Assembly: GCA_951406725.2 (NCBI GenBank)
Contig: OX597815.1
Location: 66,154,001-66,218,000 of the forward strand
DNA length: 64,000 nucleotides
Source of the DNA: Octopus vulgaris
Taxonomy: Eukaryota
Direction: 5' to 3'
The position numbers and the translations under genes are program-made. Every line of letters begins with the position of its first letter. Within the stretch, counting starts at the first letter, position 1. The notes under the pieces are model-generated. The model was not told where the DNA came from. It saw nothing but the letters and a program-made list of their open reading frames with translations, and did not search any database. Shown here in pieces: positions 54,281-64,000 of this stretch.

Positions 54281-54818
54281 ATGTGTGATGTGTGTGTGTG
54301 GATGGATAGATAGATAGATAGATATGTATATAATATAAATATATATCTTTTCTTTTATTGTACTAAGACTTATAGACTAGTTACTTTTTAATTATATTAC
54401 TAGAATTCCATTCCATTTATTAGAAAATTCTATTGTTATTTTATACCGTTTTTACTATTATTGTCTTTCATAATTCGTTTGCTTTTTTCTAACATTACAT
54501 TGAAAATTTTGGTCAGGCTTTTTCACCTGAGGACGCAGCCTCAATTCTGCAATATTTTGGAATTTTTCCCTTTTTTTTTTTTTTTTTTGCATTTTGCATT
54601 TATACAGATATGTAAGTAATTCATTTATTATTAAATATAATAATGTGAATTATTTACATGTTTTTAGCTTAAGAAACAATTTGTCGTGCTATTTCAATTT
54701 TCTTATGGCTAAATAGAATTTCATCAAACTATTTCTCTGTCATTTCTGACTTTATACACTCTCCATCGTACTATATATTCTGTTTTGGAGAATGATATTT
54801 CCTTCCCGATTCCTTGAA

Positions 54819-54890
<72 letters not shown>

Positions 54891-55352
54891 TGTATGTATA
54901 GGTATATATATTACATATATACATAATGTATTTATATATATGCATATATATAATGTATGTATATATACATTATACATATACATATATACACACACTCACA
55001 TGTAATCTTTTCTTTGTTTCAGTCATTTGACTGCGGCCATACTGGAGTACCGCACGTAGACTCCAGAGTTTATTCTATCGGTTCCTTTTCCCGAACCGCT
55101 AAGTTACGGGACATAAACACACGAGCATCGGTTCCCAAACGATGTTGGGAGTACAAACACAGAAACACATGCATATATATATTCTTTTATTGTCTCAGTT
55201 ATTTGACTGCAGCCATGCTGGAGCATCGCATTTAGTCGAACAAATCGAATCCGGGGCTTATTCATTATTAGCCTAGTACTTCTATCGGTTTCTTTTACCT
55301 AGTCGTTAAGTAACGTAGATGTAAGCACACTAAGATGGGTTTTCAAGTGATG

Positions 55353-55406
<54 letters not shown>

Positions 55407-55472
55407 TACATACATGAATATATATGTATATATATATGATGTATATATATCTGTATGTATATATACATGATG

Positions 55473-55509
<37 letters not shown>

Positions 55510-55810
55510 ATGTGTGTGTGCATCTATATATCTATAAATATGATGTGAATATATATGTATGAATATATGTATATATATGTATGCATATATATATATATAT
55601 ATATTTTATATGTTTCAAGTCAGTTGACTTCGGCCATGCTGGAGCACCGCCTTTAGTCGAACACATCGACCCTAGGACGTATTCTTTGTAAGCCTAGTAC
55701 TTATCCTCTTGGTATCTTTTTCCAAACAGCAAAGTCACAGGGTCATAAACAAACCAACATTTGTTGTCAAGCGATGATGGAGGGACAAACACAGACACAC
55801 AAACATATAC

Positions 55811-55863
<53 letters not shown>

Positions 55864-55967
55864 ACGGACTCCTTCCAGTTTCCGTCTACCAAATCCCCTC
55901 ACAAGGCTTTGGTTGGCCCAGGCTACAATAGAAAACACTTGCCCAAGGTGCCACGCAGCCATATCTA

Positions 55968-56002
<35 letters not shown>

Positions 56003-56035
56003 TATGTATATATATCTATTTATATATAATGTATA

Positions 56036-56088
<53 letters not shown>

Positions 56089-56182
56089 TAGCAAACGCCC
56101 CCTATCCATTGGACAGACTGTATAAGTGAAGAGGGTTAACTTGGACAGTGTAATAGAAGTTTTAATCAATATGTATATATAT

Positions 56183-56234
<52 letters not shown>

Positions 56235-56317
56235 ATTTATATATATATATGTATGTACATATATATATTTATATGTATATAAATACGTATATATATGTAT
56301 GTACATATATATATATA

Positions 56318-57280
56318 GTCTCTCAGACAATACAAAACCCTGGAAATATTGTACATCTGCAACAGGAGTTGGATACAATATACAGGTGGGCTGAGGACAA
56401 CAACATGCAGTTTAATGCAGGGAAGTTCCAAACCCTGTGCTACCGGCACACAAAGGTGAACGACATGCAGACCGGATACACTGGTCCGAGAAGAATTGCA
56501 ATTCCTGGGTCAAAAATCAATGCATGACCTGGGCATTGACATGAGCAATGATGCATCTTTCCAAGTGCATATTGCCAATTTGGTAATTAAATGCTGACAA
56601 CTAGCTAGACAGATCCTCCGAACTGTCAGAACAAGAGAGAAGGATACACTGATGGCCCTTTGGAAGACATTTGTCCTCAGCCGCTTGGACTACTGCTCCC
56701 AACTATGGTCACCACACAATATAAAGTTAAAAGAACTCGAAACAATCCAACGAAGTGACACTAAGAAGATCGTCTCAATGCAACATATCAGCTACTAGGA
56801 AAGACTGAAAGTATTAAAACTCTTCTCCCTAGAGCGAAGGCGGAAGAGATATGCAGTAATATACATCTGGAAAATCCTGGAGGGTCTTGTCCTGAATTTT
56901 GGCATTGAAAGTTACCCCAGCAGCAGAACGGGGCGCCACTGCATGGTGCCAAAGATCCGAACATCACCATCAAAATACAGGACTAGATACTGCAACAGCT
57001 TGGGTTTCAGGGGACCACAGCTCTTCAATATCCTTCATAAATGCCTGAGAGACCTGCAGGGTGTGGATGTGGGTTTCTTTAAAACAAAACTGGATCTTTT
57101 CTTGTTAGGGGTACCAGATGAACCAACCTTTCGGCGGGAAACACAGATGCGGGCAGCAGCGTCGAACTCCCTTGTTGACCAAGTGCCACGTATCAGAGGT
57201 GGTTTTACATACTAGTGTAGCTCATTCAATGGTGGTGTCCCAGCATGGCTGCAGCTTTTGGGCAGAAACATTTTTAAGGA
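56318..57280 (+). mobile_element. 5'-truncated CR1-clade LINE (RT C-terminus and 3' UTR)
   Basis: Encodes [54 protein letters not shown] and GPQLFNIL...FKTKLDLFL, with stops and frameshifts. Flanked by (TA)n on both sides. Confidence 0.88.
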
Positions 57281-57496
57281 TATATATATCTATATGTATA
57301 TGTCTATATATATATATGTATATATATATGTGTGTGTGTGTGTACATATATATATATTTATATGTATATATATGTATGTACATATATATATTTATATGTA
57401 TATATATGTATGTATATATATATATATTTATATGTATATATATGTATGTATATATATATATTTATATGTATATATATGTATGTATATATATATATT

Positions 57497-57527
<31 letters not shown>

Positions 57528-57774
57528 GTATATATAGATATATATATTTATATGTATATATATATATTTATAAGTATGTATATATATTTATAAGTATTGT
57601 ATGTATGTATATATATTTATAAGTATTGTATGTATGTATATATATATATATGTGTGTGTGTATATATATATATTTATAAGTATGCATGTATATATATATA
57701 TATATACATATATATTTATCTTTATATGTATGTATATATTCACTTAATACTAATATACATATATATATAATTAT

Positions 57775-57903
57775 ATTAAAGGATCAAGGGTGAAAATGAC
57801 TTAACCCCAAAATGCTTCAAGTACCGAGTCCTTCACAAATCTACCAAAAGGTCTCAGCACTTTAGCATGTTGAGGTTAGGTCATCTCGCCCTTGCTCTCT
57901 TAA
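57775..57903. repeat. Short imperfect hairpin element (MITE-like)
   Basis: CAAGGGTGAAAATGACTTAACCCCAAAATGCT pairs with AGCATGTTGAGGTTAGGTCATCTCGCCCTTG. Confidence 0.6.
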
Positions 57904-58045
57904 TGTAAATATATACATATATATATTATTATTAATTTAATGTATAAATTACCTACCAATTTTTATAGCCTGCTGAGTTCCATGTATATATATATATCTA
58001 TATGTATGTATATATACATATATGTGTATGTATATATATAAATAT

Positions 58046-58104
<59 letters not shown>

Positions 58105-58238
58105 GTGTGTCTGTGTGTATGTATGTGTATATATGTATATATGTGTCTGTGTGTGTGTATGTATGTGTATATATGTATATATATGTATGTATGCATATAT
58201 ATATGTATATACATGTTTATATATATATACGTATATAT

Positions 58239-58284
<46 letters not shown>

Positions 58285-58574
58285 GTATATATATGTATAT
58301 ATATATGTATATATATATATGTAAGATATATGTATATAGCATATATAGTAGTTATATAATTATATAAAAATATATGATGGTATATTTTTTTATATGTATA
58401 GTATGCGTCCCTAGACAGTATGTGGTTTGTGTTTATATATATACCATGTATTTATCGATATTATATATGTATGAACTTTATATATATATATATAGTTATA
58501 TATATATACATATGGCTATATCAAGTTTATCATATGTTGATAGCCGTGGTCAGGTAGGGTACAAGTATATAGAA

Positions 58575-59602
<1,028 letters not shown>

Positions 59603-60016
59603 ATTTTTGAGAGTGAAGGGTTGGCCAACTAAATTGACATCCAGTATTTAATACTATATTAATTATATTATATCTTTCTCCCCCCAGTCTCTCTCTTCTA
59701 TATTATGTATATGCACAAACACACTCTCATAAATATCTCATATGTGTGTCTTTATGTAAGTATATGTTTGTGTAGTTGTGTGTGTGTCTGCATACAGAAA
59801 GACAAATAAAGACAAAGATAGATAGATAGATAGATAGATATTAGCTATTGGACTACAAATGTCACTCAAAGGCCTTGTGGTTTCATGTTCAAACATCTCT
59901 CAAAATCAGCACCTTTGAATCACATATTTAGTGTCGCAGCTACTAAATAATATACTTTGCTCTATTTATATATTGAGTTTTCATATATGCATGCATAGAT
60001 ACATGCTTTCATGCAT

Positions 60017-60064
<48 letters not shown>

Positions 60065-60662
60065 TACATACATACAATACACACACACACACATATGTAA
60101 TATGTATTAGTAAAATAGATTATTTTTGCATATTTGAAGCTTTCAAATAGTTGACTTTAGTTACCCACTCATTTCTATCTATATTTATCTGAAACACACA
60201 CATACACACATATATAAAGCACAACTCAAGATCGGGTGTTGATTTTTACTCCCATAATTTATCTATATTCAATGGAATTATAATCAATTATATTTATATG
60301 ATATATATGTGTGTATGTAACAAAACTATGTACAAAAAAACTATAAATTCACACACCACATACATGCTAGCATACACACACACATAAATACTAATGAAGC
60401 GTTGTATCTTTAACTTTCATAGCTTTCTCTGTCATGACATGTGATCACACATTGAGATTACTATCTTAATCTATACATCTACATATTATTCTGTGCTCTC
60501 ATCTGTAATATATGTGTGAATGTATAAACAGTGAATAGGATGAATTCAAATCAATACTTATAGTGCTATCTGGGTATGTTGTCTTCCAAAGTGTGTGTGT
60601 GTGTTGGTGTGTTGTTTGTGTGAATTGCTTTCTCTATCTCTGTCTCTGCAAATTATTTTGTA

Positions 60663-60709
<47 letters not shown>

Positions 60710-61411
60710 AAATTGTAGTTGTGAGCCCTGTGCTGGTAGCACGTAAAAAGCACCATCCGATCATGGTTGATGCCAGTTCCTCTGGCCCTTTGTGCCGGTG
60801 TCACGTAAAAAGCACTCACTACACTCTTGGAGTGGTTGGCGTTAGGAAGGCCATCCAGCTGTAGAAACAGACCAGATTGGGGCCTAGTGCAGCCTCCTGG
60901 CTTCCCAGACCCCAGTCGAACCGTCCAACCCATGCCAGCATGGAAAATGGGCGTTAAACGATGATGATGATGATATATACATGCATGAATACATACATAC
61001 ACACACTGCACACACATATATTAAACTTCATAGTCAATGTTGAACTTTTCCTTGTAAAGGTTTAATATATGTTTATTCTACTAAAAGTACACAGTAATCC
61101 ATCAATTTAATGTTAAGTTGTTTTTATACCTAACTTCACATAAAAACAAAGATAAATATATATGTGTGTGTATATATATATGTATGCATATATTTCTTTT
61201 ACTTGCTTCAGTTATTTGACTATGGCCATGCTGAAGCATCGCCTTTAGTCGAACAAATTGACCCCAGGACTTATTCTTTGTAAGTCCAGTTCTTATTCTA
61301 TTGGTCATTTTTGCCAAACCGCTAAGTTGCAGGAACATAAATATGCCAAGATTGGTTGTCAAGCGATGGTGGGAGGACAAACAGAGACACACAAATATAC
61401 ACATATTTTTA

Positions 61412-61455
<44 letters not shown>

Positions 61456-61499
61456 TACATATATACCATATATATATACATATATACCATATACAGTTT

Positions 61500-61860
61500 G
61501 TTTGTTTCTGTAAAGCCAGAAATGTAGTCTATAGTATAAGATGTATAGAGGGACGATGCAGTAACAAGACAACGACATACGAAGGGGAAACGGCAAGAAG
61601 CATAGGAGAGCGGGTAAATGAGCATTGGAGACAACTCAAGGAAGGTAAAAGCTCATCAATTCTGTACCAACACGCCGAACAAGAACACGGGGGATCAATC
61701 AATAACATAGAAATTAAAATATTATCCACACATAGATCAGATGCAACAATTAGACAAATTACAGAAGCTACACACATAATAGAAAATAAACCTAGCCTGA
61801 ATAGAAAACTAGAATGGAGCACTAACACACACCACAACATATGACGATAGAGGATCCTGA
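61500..61860 (+). mobile_element. Penelope-like element fragment (GIY-YIG endonuclease domain)
   Basis: NVVYSIRC...YEGETARSIGERVNEH...SILYQHAEQEH...RQITEATHIIENKPSLN is the typical C-terminal GIY-YIG domain of Penelope-like elements. The frame is open to the stop at 61844. Confidence 0.85.
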
Positions 61861-61906
61861 AAACATAATAAATACACAGATAAATAAATAAACTAATAAA
61901 AATAAA

Positions 61907-61943
<37 letters not shown>

Positions 61944-61944
61944 G

Positions 61945-61975
<31 letters not shown>

Positions 61976-62659
61976 TAATTTTTTTTTTGTTACATTTCAA
62001 TTTATTATTATTATTACTAGTATTGTTGTTATACATACATACATACATACATACATACAAGCATATATAATGATAATAATGGGTGGATGTAAACACATGA
62101 ACAAAATAAGAATAAACAAAAACAACAAAAACAATAAACAAAATACAAATTACATGAACATATAAAATTACAAATTACATGAACATATATAAACAGAAGA
62201 TACAAATATTACAGGCATCCCCCACATACACACACTAAATAAACATAAACGCACATAGAGATATAAGCATGCGCAAATGAAGACATACAATAGAAATACA
62301 AAATGGCTGACGGTTAGTAAGGAGAGACACAAATAAGTAAGAAGAAAACAAAGGACCACTGATGCGGTCACAGGAGTGTGACGAAAGAACTCTGGCCGAA
62401 ATAAGATTAAGATTAATGTAAAAGATAAATAACACTGAAGCAAAGTAACACCAAATATATAGTGCGTGTGTTTTTATTGGCTAAACTGGCAAAATGACCA
62501 TTCCTAAATACAACAATATATATATATACATATACATATGTATACGTATATATATATATATATAAATATATATATATACATATGTATACGTATATAAATA
62601 TATATATATATATATATACATATGTATATGTATATATATATATATATATATACATATGT

Positions 62660-62745
<86 letters not shown>

Positions 62746-62994
62746 CAAATTAATAAATAAAACATGTGCATATATACATACATATATGTACGTACCTACA
62801 TCTATATGTATATATACATGCATATATGGGTACAGGACACCAAAAAAAACGTCGAACACAATGAGAAATGAAAACATAAATACAAAACCAAGGAAATGGA
62901 CATTTTTCTTAAACAATGAAAAAATAGAGTACAAGACATACAACACAAGGAACATTCCCCTTCTTCAGCCGCCTCTGTTTCATCTATTCCGCGT

Positions 62995-63078
62995 TATATA
63001 TACATACACATATATATATATATATATACGTATACATATGTGTATATATATATATATATATACACACACACATATACG

Positions 63079-63125
<47 letters not shown>

Positions 63126-63128
63126 CAC

Positions 63129-63211
<83 letters not shown>

Positions 63212-63268
63212 CATATACATATATATATACATATATATATATACATATGTATGTATATATATATTATG

Positions 63269-63309
<41 letters not shown>

Positions 63310-63435
63310 ATATACATATGTATATATATATATATACATATGTATATATATATACATATGTATATATATATATATACATATGTATATATATATACATATG
63401 TATATATATATATATACATATATATATACATATAC

Positions 63436-63467
<32 letters not shown>

Positions 63468-63493
63468 ATATACATATGTATATATATATATAC

Positions 63494-63543
<50 letters not shown>

Positions 63544-63601
63544 ATATACATATATATATACATATATATATACATATACATATATATATATATATATATA
63601 C

Positions 63602-63675
<74 letters not shown>

Positions 63676-63824
63676 ATATATACATATACATATACATATA
63701 TATATATACATATACATATACATATATATATATACATATACATATGTATATATATATATACATATACATATGTATATATATATATACATATACATATGTA
63801 TATATATATATACATATACATATA

Positions 63825-63874
<50 letters not shown>

Positions 63875-64000
63875 CATATCATCATCATCATCGTTTAACG
63901 TCCGTTCTCCATGCTAGCATATATGTATATATATATACATATACATATGTATATATATATATACATATGTATACATATATATATATATATATATACATAT
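62995..64000. repeat. About 1-kb (TA)n/(TACA)n compound microsatellite
   Basis: Directly visible. Interrupted by a short retroposon tail at 63879-63920. Confidence 0.98.

Noticed and set aside
56088-56170. Possible Helitron 3' end (CTAG on the minus strand within TA repeats)
   Set aside because: No convincing subterminal hairpin, and too short to support.

Overview
AT-rich, repeat-dense animal genomic DNA. The SINE families and microsatellite content point to an octopod cephalopod (inference). The window holds the 5' ends of two head-to-head genes around a CpG-rich bidirectional promoter at about 52.9-53.1 kb. EXT2 (exostosin-2, minus strand) has a probable non-coding exon 1 near 52939-52990, a first coding exon at 47339-47838, and then an intron of more than 47 kb running off the left end. 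DAGLA (diacylglycerol lipase alpha, plus strand) has a 95-nt first coding exon at 53425-53519 that the ORF track misses. The introns contain an AcademX DNA transposon with intact ends and TSD, a decayed Tx1-like LINE lacking its endonuclease, a 5'-truncated CR1-like LINE, a Penelope GIY-YIG fragment, several MITEs, many SINEs and long (TA)n arrays. Most notable are a recurring set of long fold-back hairpins carrying hammerhead-ribozyme cores, a candidate 21-nt frame-preserving microexon in the EXT2 intron, and a 355-bp inverted duplication that could form intronic dsRNA. Nearly all other listed ORFs are artefacts of microsatellites or SINEs. All calls were made by eye; no searches were run.
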